Origin: Diplonema japonicum
Lineage: Eukaryota; Protista; Euglenozoa: Diplonemea
Length of the DNA: 64,000 bases
Direction of reading: 5' to 3'
Assembly: GCA_964019335.1 (NCBI GenBank)
Contig: OZ025716.1
Span: 310,001 to 374,000, forward strand
Part shown: one piece after another, positions 10,819-20,462 of the stretch
Numbering within the stretch: the first letter of the stretch is position 1
Layout: every line of letters begins with the position of its first letter
Made by a program: the position numbers and the translations under genes
The notes under the pieces: model-generated
What the model saw: only the letters and a program-made list of their open reading frames with translations
What the model was told of the DNA's origin: nothing
Database searches by the model: none

Positions 10819-12016
10819 GCAAAAAAACAAAAAAAAAGGGGTTGGTCTATACCCCCGTGCTCATCAGAGACAGAAAGAATATTTGTAAGCCAGTATGGGA
10901 AAAGGTTGGAAGTCAAGTGACTGTTACCTCTATTTTTATCTTATTATTATTAGCCCACTTCTAAAATAGAGTTCCAATCCGTCCCCCCTCTCTTTTTTCT
11001 CGCTTTCACATTTTCTTTAAAGTATCCCGTTTTGTATAGTTTTTTATTTTTATTTTCCTCTCTCTTTTTTTTATTTTCCAATCGTGGGATGCTTCTCTGA
11101 TGCTTTTTACTTTTTTTTTTCCCCTTTCTTTTTTCTCTTTTTATTTTAAACGTCCCCCCCCCCTTTTTTTTTCTCTTCTTTCTTTTGCCAGTTTTATTTT
11201 TTTTTTTATCACATTCTGTTTTGGGATCGTGGAGGCTTGAGAAGTCCATTCACCTTCCTGTGGTCACAGATGGTCACAACCACAACAAGGGATGCCCTCA
11301 TGCAGCCTGACTGCGACTCTGTTCGAGTAGGGAGAAGGGGGAGGAGGGTGCGCAGGCACTACTGGCTACTAACGGTGTATAGCTGGGTTTTGTACTCTCT
11401 TACGGGTGTTGGGAGAAAACACAAATACTGGGCAAGGAGGGCATCGACCTTCTTTACATGCTTTTGATTACCTTTTTTAAGGTCATTAATTTCATCCTCG
11501 TTTGTATTGTGCTTTTTGCGATGCTGCGGTTCTTCACAGGCAGGCTTTCCTGCCAATCGCTCTCTTTCAAAGGTGAGCTTACTGGGGATGGAACTTAGGC
11601 ATATTACCGGAAAGCACCATTACTTCACGGAAAAACAGGCCATTATTCCACCCGCGAAGTAATTTCAGAAGTGAAATAAAGCAACTAAATTCGAAGGAAG
11701 AATCTAACGAAGAAAAGAAATCACATATTAACGGAAGCTCCGTGGGACCGTCTTTCGGGGGGGGGGGGGGGGGGGGGGCTTATTTGTGTCAGGAGTTTTG
11801 TGATACCAGAAAGAAAATGAAGGGGGGTTCTAAAAACACTCGTTCCCGAGAACCACGTTCAAAGAAGCATCAGGGCCTTTAGAGGTAGTACTATGAGACC
11901 TTTTGCCGTTTTACCGTACACCAAAAAAAGGTTGACGGGATGGCGGAGTTTCTTCTACCCACCTACCTCCTACACAGGATTCTTCCACAAGAACAAAACA
12001 AAAAAGACTACAAAGG

Positions 12017-12400
12017 ATGACTTCGCCAAGCCCTGTGAAGACGAAGAAGCGGAAGCGCGCTGGCTGGAGCGAGGTGACGGTGAAGAAATCGAAGACGGCA
12101 GAGGAGCTCCTTGACGATGCTGGGGTGTCGTTCGACAAGGGGAGCCTCTACGTCCGCCTTGGAAAGACCAAGGAGAAGATCCCGGCAAAAAAGGAACTCG
12201 TGTCGGTGAAGGAGGGGGAGTCGGAGCCCGACATGACTGATTCGGCGAAGATCAGGAAGCTGTGCGGCTGGAAGGAAGACGACAAGGCCATCGCAGTCAC
12301 CAGCAGAACTGTCCCCGATGGTAGGGATGTCTTCATCAGGGTCACCGCCGCCAGCAAGAGGCCCAGGGTTGGCTCCCGTGTCCTCATCGAGGCACAGTAG
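12017..12400 (+). CDS. Small basic protein, array copy 5 (divergent termini)
   Basis: Identical core, different N-terminal and C-terminal ends. Confidence 0.85.
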   Translation: MTSPSPVKTKKRKRAGWSEVTVKKSKTAEELLDDAGVSFDKGSLYVRLGKTKEKIPAKKELVSVKEGESEPDMTDSAKIRKLCGWKEDDKAIAVTSRTVPDGRDVFIRVTAASKRPRVGSRVLIEAQ

Positions 12401-12885
12401 GTAAAAAGAGAAACGGGAGGAATATGCTTTAGCTCATTTCAAAATGAAAAGAGACCCCTCTTTTTTTTTATTTTCTCGTTTCATAATTAATGTTCATTCT
12501 TGCTTTCTCTCCCTTTGTATCCCCCCCCCCCCCCCCGTCGCTTGTAGTAAACAGAAACACTTGTTGTTGGGTTTTAGGATTTGTGTGTTACAAACAAATC
12601 CTAACCGAATGAAGTTCACCAAACCCGCAGAATGTTGCTGAGACCTTTAGCAGTTAACGACATTCTTCAAATAATCTCATTTTTTAAGTAGAAGGTTGTA
12701 AACAAATAGCAACTCGCTTTTTTTTTTTTCTTATTTCCAATACCTTGTTGTTTATTTTTCCTTTCATTTCTCTTTTTTTGCTGTAGTTCTTTTTTTTCTC
12801 TTTAGCCTTGAGATTTGTGTGCTTCTCCCCCACCTAACCTCCTACACAAGATTCTCCACAAAAACTAAATAAAAAAGGTACTACG

Positions 12886-13281
12886 ATGCCTTCGCCAAGC
12901 CCTGTGAAGAACAACAAGAGGAAGCGCGCTGCCTCTTCGTGGAGCGAGGCTACGGTGCAGAAGTCGGGTCCGAAGACGGCAGGGGAGCTCCTTGACGATG
13001 CTGGGGTGTCGTTCGACAAGGGGAGCCTCTACGTCCGCCTTGGAAAGACCAAGGAGAAGATCCCGGCAAAAAAGGAACTCGTGTCGGTGAAGGAGGGGGA
13101 GTCGGAGCCCGACATGACTGATTCGGCGAAGATCAGGAAGCTGTGCGGCTGGAAGGAAGACGACAAGGCCATCGCAGTCACCAGCAGAACTGTCCCCGAT
13201 GGTAGGGACGTCTTCATCAGGGTCACCGCCGCCAGCAAGACGTTCAGGCTTGGCACCCGTGTCCTCATCGAGGCAGAATAG
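12886..13281 (+). CDS. Small basic protein, array copy 6
   Basis: Near-identical to copy 3. Confidence 0.85.
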   Translation: MPSPSPVKNNKRKRAASSWSEATVQKSGPKTAGELLDDAGVSFDKGSLYVRLGKTKEKIPAKKELVSVKEGESEPDMTDSAKIRKLCGWKEDDKAIAVTSRTVPDGRDVFIRVTAASKTFRLGTRVLIEAE

Positions 13282-13627
13282 GCCGATAGAATAAGGAAGA
13301 AAAAAAAAAGGATGTAAATGACCTTGGAACAATAAGAAAAATAACCACACAAGTCTTAGCTCATTTCAAAGCGGTCGGCTGCCCCCCCCCCCCCCCCCCC
13401 CCGCACCCCTCCAATTTATTTTTTATTTCTCGTTTCCATAATAACAATCGTTCTTTTTATTCTTCTTTCTTCTTTTAAGCTTATTCGCTTGCGAAGTGCC
13501 TTTTCTCTCCCTTTGTATCCCCCCCCACCCCCATCCCTTTTTTTATTTCCAATAGCGGAATAAAACCATGCCTTACCTTGTTTCTTTGAACCTTTCCCTT
13601 TTAATTTTTTTCTGTATTTCTTTTTTT

Positions 13628-13935
13628 CAAGTCCTTGGTACGACTCTAAACTGCATCCGATGGTAAGAGACCTTCCATTGCATTTCAGCTGGGATTTTAC
13701 CGGGCAACACGTTGAAGGACCCAAAGGCGGGCAGCACGCTGGCCCGACGGACAGCCCACCACATGAATCGAAAGATAGGATCGGACCTGGTAGGCCGTAG
13801 GTGATAGTTAGCAGCTAGGGTGCGTGGCGACCCCCCTTGTGAACGTGATGCTGGGGTAGCGTGTAGGTGTTTAAAACCAAGAAGAATTGTAAAGCGGCCT
13901 TTAACTGTGAGTGCCAGACGGTTGACAACCTGATT
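13628..13935. mobile_element. ~300-nt insertion of unknown type in an array spacer
   Basis: High-complexity block between CTGTATTTC(T)n and TTCTCTTTAG, absent from the paralogous spacers. Confidence 0.55.
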
Positions 13936-14019
13936 TCTTCTCTTTAGCTTTAAGATTCTTGCCCACCTAACCTCCTACACAGGATTTTCCGCACAACAAA
14001 ACAAAAAGTACTACAAAAA

Positions 14020-14415
14020 ATGCCTTCGCCAAGCCCTGTGAAGAACAACAAGAGGAAGCGCGCTGCCTCTTCGTGGAGCGAGGCTACGGTGCAGAAGTCG
14101 GGTCCGAAGACGGCAGGGGAGCTCCTTGACGATGCTGGGGTGTCGTTCGACAAGGGGAGCCTCTACGTCCGCCTTGGAAAGACCAAGGAGAAGATCCCGG
14201 CAAAAAAGGAACTCGTGTCGGTGAAGGAGGGGGAGTCGGAGCCCGACATGACTGATTCGGCGAAGATCAGGAAGCTGTGCGGCTGGAAGGAAGACGACAA
14301 GGCCATCGCAGTCACCAGCAGAACTGTCCCCGATGGTAGGGATGTCTTCATCAGGGTCACCGCCGCCAGCAAGACGTTCAGGCTTGGCACCCGTGTCCTC
14401 ATCGAGGCAGAATAA
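14020..14415 (+). CDS. Small basic protein, array copy 7
   Basis: Near-identical to copy 3. Confidence 0.85.
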   Translation: MPSPSPVKNNKRKRAASSWSEATVQKSGPKTAGELLDDAGVSFDKGSLYVRLGKTKEKIPAKKELVSVKEGESEPDMTDSAKIRKLCGWKEDDKAIAVTSRTVPDGRDVFIRVTAASKTFRLGTRVLIEAE

Positions 14416-14800
14416 GCTGGACAGAAAAAAAGGGAATGAAAAAGAAATGAAAGAAATTGGAAACAACATTTAAAAAGGAACTTTTAGTAACGGGGGTGGG
14501 GACTGCAAGAAGTCTTAGCTCATTTCAGAGTGGTCTTGCCTCTTTATTTTTTATTTTTCGTTTCCATAGTAAATAATCGTTCTTTTTATTCTTCTTGTCG
14601 TAAGCATCCGTTTGCGAGGTTTTTTACTCTCCCTTTGTATTCCCCCATCCCCTCCCTCCTTTATTTTTGATTGAGATGATGCTTACCATGTTCAATTTTC
14701 TTCTTTTTTTACTGTATTTCTTTTTTTGACTCGTAAGGGGTGGTCCGGACAAACCCAATCCATCCCGAACGAATGTTACCCCCCCCCCCCCCCCCCCCCC

Positions 14801-14860
14801 ACTCGAAGTCTTTGGCTTGCCTAAACAACAGGGGAAATGAATATTAGAAAACCTCTTGGG
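14801..14860 (+). repeat. Degenerate family A repeat
   Basis: AGTCTTTGGCTTGCCTAAACAACAGGGGAA. Confidence 0.5.
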
Positions 14861-15051
14861 GGTACGTAATAAAGAAGAAGAGAAAAAGCACCACACGGGC
14901 CCCCAAAACATTCACCCTCCCCCCCAGCGACCCTATTTCCCCACCACCCCTTTTTTTTCTTTTTCTTTTTTGAGAAAATAAAAAATTGCTTTCTTATTTT
15001 TTTTTTTTTTTTTCATGCGAGAAGGAAGGGGGGAGCAAAAGAAATAGAAAC

Positions 15052-17319
15052 ATGGAAGTGTTCGTGCAGGATGCGGCAGGGCAGCGGTTCCCTGTGGTGC
15101 TGAATGAGCATGACACTGTACTGGATGTGAAGAAGCTCGCTCTGAAGGCGATGGACGGGTCGGGGGACATGGTGCTGGAACGGGTGGCGCTGAAGTATGA
15201 AGGGGAGTATGTGGACGAGGAAGACACGACAGTAAGTTTCAACAGCCTGACTGGGATCGAGCCTGACCATGACATCCTCATCACCTACAACGATCCGCTA
15301 GTTCTGAGGGCCTCCTACATGAGTGGCAAGCTTGGGCTCGACGACTACAAGGAAGGCTCTGTGGAGGCTGCGGACCCTGAGATTGCGAAACACCTCTTGT
15401 CGAAGTACAAGAACACTGGAGCCAGCGTCAAGACTGTAATGGACTGCACCTCTCCTTCTGTGAAGAACGACAAGGAGTTCGTGTTGGCTGTTGCGGAATT
15501 CTATCCATTGGCATTCCAGCACACTCCGCTGGAGACCCAACAGGACACGGCTTTCATGATCTCCATCATAAAGCGCTGGCCTAAACTGTACCATTCTTGT
15601 GCTTCTTCTTCGAATGGAGTCGAGCGGGAGACATTGCATCGTGTGTCACGTGCTTGCACAGAGTTAACATTGTTATCGAAATATACATGGTGGCTTGAAG
15701 GTGGGATAGCCGACAAGAAGGACCTTGTGCTGATCCAGATAGAGCGGTGGAACGAGCTGTTTCTCAGTCGCGAACGAATGAAGCTCTGTCAAAGGCGTTA
15801 TAAAGTCAAACTGACGGACGAAGTTATTTCTTCCCGCGCGCAGAAGAACGCTGAATCGCATTTGGCTTTAAGCTACGTGTCCGACCGCCTGAAGGACGAC
15901 AAGGAGGTTGTGCTGGCGGCTGTGGTCCTCAACCCTGACAACCTGCAGCATGCCTCCCCTGCGATGAGGAACGACAAGGAGGTGGTTCTGAAGGCATTGA
16001 TGGCCAAGCCTGCCACTTTTGAGCTTGCATCTGAGGAGCTCCGGAACGACAGGGAGGTTGTGCTGGCCGCTGTCAGGAAGAGCGGCACCTGTCTCGAGTT
16101 CGCCTCGGTGGCCCTGCGCAACGATGTGGAGGTGGTCGGCACGGCACTTCGGAACACTGTGGAGGCACTGCCCCACGCTTCCAGCGAACTCATGGGGGAC
16201 AAGAGGCTGGTGTCAAGGTTCGGCGAAGCACTTCAGTTTGCTCCTGAATCCCTCCAAAAGGACAGGGAAGTAGTGCTTGGGGCAGTGGGGACCTATGGCC
16301 TTGCCCTGCAGTTCGCCTCTTCTGCCTTGCAAGGTGACAAGGAGGTGGTGACCCTTGCAGTTGGGAACGACGGCCTTGCCCTGCAGTTCGCCTCGGAGGA
16401 GCTCCGGAAGGACCGCAGTGTGGTTCTCTCGGCTTTGAAAAACTATGGCTTTGCCCTGCAGTTCGCTTCGGAGGAGCTCTGGAAGGACCGCAGTGTGGTT
16501 CTCTCGGCTGTGCAAAACGACGGTCTTGCCCTGCAGTTCGCCTCGACAGTGCGGCCCCCTGATGACGAGTCTGAAGAGTCAGGGAAGGTGAGTTACTCAA
16601 AGCTGACAGTGACAATGCTGAAGGAGCTGTGCAAGGAGAGGGAGGTGGTGCTCCCGAAAAAGGTACAGAAGGTGGCACTGGTTGAGCTGCTTGAAAATGA
16701 CGACGAGAAGAGAGAAAAGGAGAAAGAGGAAAACGAAAAAGAGAAGCTCGTAGGGGAGAAGAGAGGGCGGGAAGAAGGAGAAGGGGAGGGGGAGACGAAG
16801 GCAAAGAAAAGGAAGCAAGAAGGGCGGTTCGAGAACGACGTGGGTGTGGTGCTGGCGGCTGTGCAACAGGACTGGGAGGCAATGCAGTTCGCTGGGAGTG
16901 TGGCACTGGACGACAAGGAGGTGGCACTGGCTGGTGTGAGGCAGAGCGGAGAGGCCTACGACCTCGTGTCAAGGAGGCTTCGTGGGGACAGGGACGTTGT
17001 GCTGGAGTATGTGTCGTGGAGTGCTTCGAACCACTTGTACGCGAAGTACATTCCGGAGGAGCTGAAGAAGGACAAGGAGGTGGCCCTTGTGGCTGTGAAG
17101 GCGAACGGGTGCTGTCTTCGGCACCTCGATTCCTTCTCTGGGGACAAGGAGGTAGTACTGGTGGCTGTGGCGACTGGTGGCTGGAAGCATGTGGCGAATA
17201 GTCTGAAGAAGGACAAGGAGGTCATCTGCAAGGCACTCGAGTGGGAGGATCCGAAAACACTGAAGAAGGACGTAAACGTAAATATTGTGAACAGCTGCGT
17301 GGTATGTAATCACTCTTAA
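15052..17319 (+). CDS. Ubiquitin-like domain + DUF4116-type repeats + SAP/HeH-like domain protein
   Basis: N-terminus MEVFVQDAAGQRFPV..TVLDVKK (Ubl-like). Many D(K/R)EVVLAAV..G.ALQFASEEL repeats. YSKLTVTMLKELCKERE..KVALVELL (SAP-like). Confidence 0.85.
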   Translation: MEVFVQDAAGQRFPVVLNEHDTVLDVKKLALKAMDGSGDMVLERVALKYEGEYVDEEDTTVSFNSLTGIEPDHDILITYNDPLVLRASYMSGKLGLDDYKEGSVEAADPEIAKHLLSKYKNTGASVKTVMDCTSPSVKNDKEFVLAVAEFYPLAFQHTPLETQQDTAFMISIIKRWPKLYHSCASSSNGVERETLHRVSRACTELTLLSKYTWWLEGGIADKKDLVLIQIERWNELFLSRERMKLCQRRYKVKLTDEVISSRAQKNAESHLALSYVSDRLKDDKEVVLAAVVLNPDNLQHASPAMRNDKEVVLKALMAKPATFELASEELRNDREVVLAAVRKSGTCLEFASVALRNDVEVVGTALRNTVEALPHASSELMGDKRLVSRFGEALQFAPESLQKDREVVLGAVGTYGLALQFASSALQGDKEVVTLAVGNDGLALQFASEELRKDRSVVLSALKNYGFALQFASEELWKDRSVVLSAVQNDGLALQFASTVRPPDDESEESGKVSYSKLTVTMLKELCKEREVVLPKKVQKVALVELLENDDEKREKEKEENEKEKLVGEKRGREEGEGEGETKAKKRKQEGRFENDVGVVLAAVQQDWEAMQFAGSVALDDKEVALAGVRQSGEAYDLVSRRLRGDRDVVLEYVSWSASNHLYAKYIPEELKKDKEVALVAVKANGCCLRHLDSFSGDKEVVLVAVATGGWKHVANSLKKDKEVICKALEWEDPKTLKKDVNVNIVNSCVVCNHS

Positions 17320-17765
17320 TCTTTATTTCGATCTAGGCACGAATGAAGCCTACAGGACGCTGAAACGCCTTGTAATGACCCTGCTCACTGGTAGATAATT
17401 AATAGAAGTAAAACAAAAAATGCAATTCTGTTTCCAGAAATAACCAGCTTCTGGCGACCTTGTCACTATCTTGTTCAAGTGACTGGAACACCGTTGTGCT
17501 GAAATGAATCCCTTTCACTCCCTCTTTAGATATACGCAGCAACTTTGAAGCCGCGCCTTTAACCCATTTCGCAAGGCAGGGGGGGGCAATATTGTTGCAT
17601 AGAATTTTCTTTAACCTGTTTTTGTCATTTCTGTTCCTCTTTTTTTTTTTTTGGTGGGAGGATCTCACGGAAGTACAACAGAAGGAGCCTGCATGGACTG
17701 ATCGGTGTAAATGATGAGAACTAAAAAAAAAAAAAAAAAAAAAAAACCAAAAGGGGGAGGGGAAA

Positions 17766-17972
17766 ATGGACGAGCTACCCAACGCTCCTGCCCCGATGAC
17801 GGCCGGCGAGGAACGAACAAAATTGTCCGCGCTGCTGAGCAAAACGCGTGAAAGACACAAGGCGATGCTGGAGGAAAGGGAAACCTGGTTAGCAGACCGC
17901 AAGACGATGGAAGAAGAGATACAAGCTTTAAGAGTAAAACTACTGCAGGCACATATGAGAATCGAAGAATAA
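17766..17972 (+). CDS. Short coiled-coil ORF, paralogous to the N-terminus of the 19104 gene (possibly a remnant)
   Basis: EERETWLADRKTMEEEIQALR vs EERETWREERTAMEEEIAALK; A-rich leader. Confidence 0.5.
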   Translation: MDELPNAPAPMTAGEERTKLSALLSKTRERHKAMLEERETWLADRKTMEEEIQALRVKLLQAHMRIEE

Positions 17973-18271
17973 CAACAACAACAACAAACTGAGGAAACAT
18001 GCGTGCTTCAGCCCAACGAAAGCTAACATGGTGATATGTCATCAGACGGGCAAAACAAGCCCCGTCATGCTTTTATACGAAACGACGGCGGCCGTCTGCG
18101 GCATCACTTCTGAGGGGCGGAAATTGTACGTGTTTCGATTGTCCATCAATTTTATACATCGTCTTGTTTGAAGGCAACAACACAAAGGCGGTTCTTAACG
18201 AGGTCAGGAGGGTCGACAGTGCATATTTCTACGGCCAGATCTCGTCGTTCGTAGTCTTGACATTGCTGACA

Positions 18272-18750
18272 TGAAGGACCTTGTGCTGGTAGAGCGGTGG
18301 AACGAGTTGTTTACTAAACGGTCGCGACTACTAGGAGCTCACGTAAGTTTCAACAGCCTGACTGGGATGAGCCTGACCATGACATCCTCATCACCTACAA
18401 CGATCCGCTAGTTCTGAGGGCCTCCTACATGAGTGGCAAGCTTGGGCTCAAAGATTACAAGCAAAGCTCTGTGGAGGCTGCGGACCCTGAGACTGTGAAA
18501 CACCTCTTGTCGAAGCGAGGACGATGAAGCCAGCGTCAGAACTGTAATGGACTGCACCTCTCCTTCTGTGAAGAACGACAAAGGGTTCGTGTTGGCTGTT
18601 GCGAAATTCTATCCATTGGCATTCAGGCACACTCCGCTGGAGACCCAACAGGACACGGCTTTCATGATCTCCATCATAAAGCGCTGGCCTGAACTGTGCT
18701 TTATGGAAAACACGCCATGGTTTGTTAGGTGGGACGTGTCGTGCTAGGAA
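18272..18750 (+). pseudogene. Rearranged, frameshifted partial duplicate of the Ubl-DUF4116 gene
   Basis: 18343-18690 nearly identical to 15232-15582 with indels; 18274-18310 matches ~15717-15760. Confidence 0.85.
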
Positions 18751-19103
18751 AACACAGGCCGGAATTCGCATCCAGCAGAACGTGCGAAATTCTGGAAAGA
18801 CAATGCGCAGTACCGACTGCACAGAGAAAAGAGTGGTCCGACCCCTTCGTGCCTGACTACAGAGCACAACAACCTACCAGAACGCAGTCCACCCTTCCCG
18901 CAGCCATGCATCCTTCAGCACAGAAGGGTAGCAACATCCGCTAGCGCGGTTAAGAAGTTGCTCGTACGCCAGGCGGTTTATGAAGCAACCAAAGTCATTC
19001 TTCTTCTTCTTTTTTTTTTAAATCCCGACTTCTTTTGTTTCAAGATGTTTTCAAAGGCAAAAAAAAAAAAAAAAAAAAAAAGAAGAGGGGAAAAAAAAAA
19101 AAC

Positions 19104-20390
19104 ATGGAAATGCCGCCAGAGGAACCCCTCTCCCATCTCACAGACACGGAAGCCTGCACCCTTCTAAAGGCGTTCTTGAACAAAATGGGAGCCAGGAACA
19201 GGGCCCTATCTGAGGAAAGGGAGACTTGGAGGGAGGAGCGCACCGCGATGGAGGAAGAGATCGCAGCGCTAAAGGAAACTATTGCGTATTTAAACGAAGT
19301 AACACCAGAGAAGAGACGGACACCAAAGTTCATAGAAGAGGAAGAAGAAGAAGAACAAGAAGAAGAAGAGTACAGCGAAGAAGGCCTATGCGACGCATGC
19401 TGCGGGCTGTATACAGAAGAAACCTGCCAAAGATGCAAGCAGTTGGTGTGTTCAGAATGCCAGTGTCGCTGCAGGACGGACATATTCTACGACCACAATC
19501 GATTGGGCTACGTGGCCTGTCCCAACACCCTCCAAACCAACCAAAACCATGTGGCAATGTCACCTGACGGGAAGCTAATTCTAATCTGCGACCCCACATG
19601 TTCCAAGATGTGTCTGTACAAAACGATACCTGAGAAACCACGGGTCGAGAAGGTAGGTGAATTCAATTCGTTATCTGCACTGTGTGTGGCCTCCCCTAAG
19701 CCGAACACCTTTGTGAAGCTGGTCCAACCTCCGTCAGGAGTACAAATCACACAACTAGCAACTTACGATTTTAGCGACAGCACGACAGAACCGAACGTTA
19801 GTGTTGCAACCGTCAAAGAGGGCGTCAGAACTATGCACGTTCATCCCTATGACGACCCACCGGTGTACTCCATGGCCGCTCTAGGGGACTATGTTTACCT
19901 TGCTTGGTATAAGCTCTTCGTGTTTGAAATGAGGTGCGACAGAAAAAAAAACCTAGTCGAGATTATGCAGTTTGATGAAGAAGCGCTTGGTATCGAAGCA
20001 CCATACAGTAGCCTTTCTATCGCCAACGGCAGGCTGTATGCGCTTATCTCTGAATATGAGGAATTGTTCGTGTATGACCTGAAGGACCCGTCCTGCCCTG
20101 TGCTGCTCCATGAGGTGTCGGGTGTCTCTGGCAGTGCTGTCACGGTGTGTGGGAGAATGGCGTACTGTGTGACCCATAGACAGGTGATGAGTCTTTTACT
20201 GGCGGAAGATGAGGCGCGCGGGGTGAAGCGTGAGGATGGGATGGACATAGACAAGTTGCTTCTTTCCTCGCTGTGGTACAGCTCCGTCGACAAGTTCCTC
20301 ATTAGCCCCGAAAAGATCGGGTACTTGGTTTACAGGAACAAGTACAACACCCTCGGTATAGAGTGTATTCGCGGCAAGTACTCTTCGTAA
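19104..20390 (+). CDS. Hypothetical protein: coiled coil, acidic tract, Cys-rich Zn finger, probable beta-propeller
   Basis: CDACC..CQRC..CSECQCRC; repeats such as VAMSPDG and LFVYDLKDPSCPVL; ATG after a poly-A leader. Confidence 0.75.
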   Translation: MEMPPEEPLSHLTDTEACTLLKAFLNKMGARNRALSEERETWREERTAMEEEIAALKETIAYLNEVTPEKRRTPKFIEEEEEEEQEEEEYSEEGLCDACCGLYTEETCQRCKQLVCSECQCRCRTDIFYDHNRLGYVACPNTLQTNQNHVAMSPDGKLILICDPTCSKMCLYKTIPEKPRVEKVGEFNSLSALCVASPKPNTFVKLVQPPSGVQITQLATYDFSDSTTEPNVSVATVKEGVRTMHVHPYDDPPVYSMAALGDYVYLAWYKLFVFEMRCDRKKNLVEIMQFDEEALGIEAPYSSLSIANGRLYALISEYEELFVYDLKDPSCPVLLHEVSGVSGSAVTVCGRMAYCVTHRQVMSLLLAEDEARGVKREDGMDIDKLLLSSLWYSSVDKFLISPEKIGYLVYRNKYNTLGIECIRGKYSS

Positions 20391-20462
20391 TTTTTTTTCC
20401 CACTCTCGTCACCAGGGAACACTGGGTTTCGGGTTTTTAACATCAAAAGTCGCGAAGACAAA

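Larger units (their letters stand above)
7640..14700 (+). repeat. Tandem array of seven near-identical small genes with diverged spacers
   Basis: Coding cores essentially identical across copies. Spacers share blocks such as TTAGCTCATTTCAAA, CTCCCTTTGTATCCCC and CTGTATTTC..CTCTTTAG. Confidence 0.95.

Noticed and set aside
11210-11760. Complex sequence inside the array, with short ORFs on both strands
   Set aside because: No recognisable motif or second copy, so it cannot be classified
7640-14700. CRISPR-like repeat-spacer pattern
   Set aside because: The repeats are ~400-nt protein-coding genes in a eukaryotic context, with no cas genes
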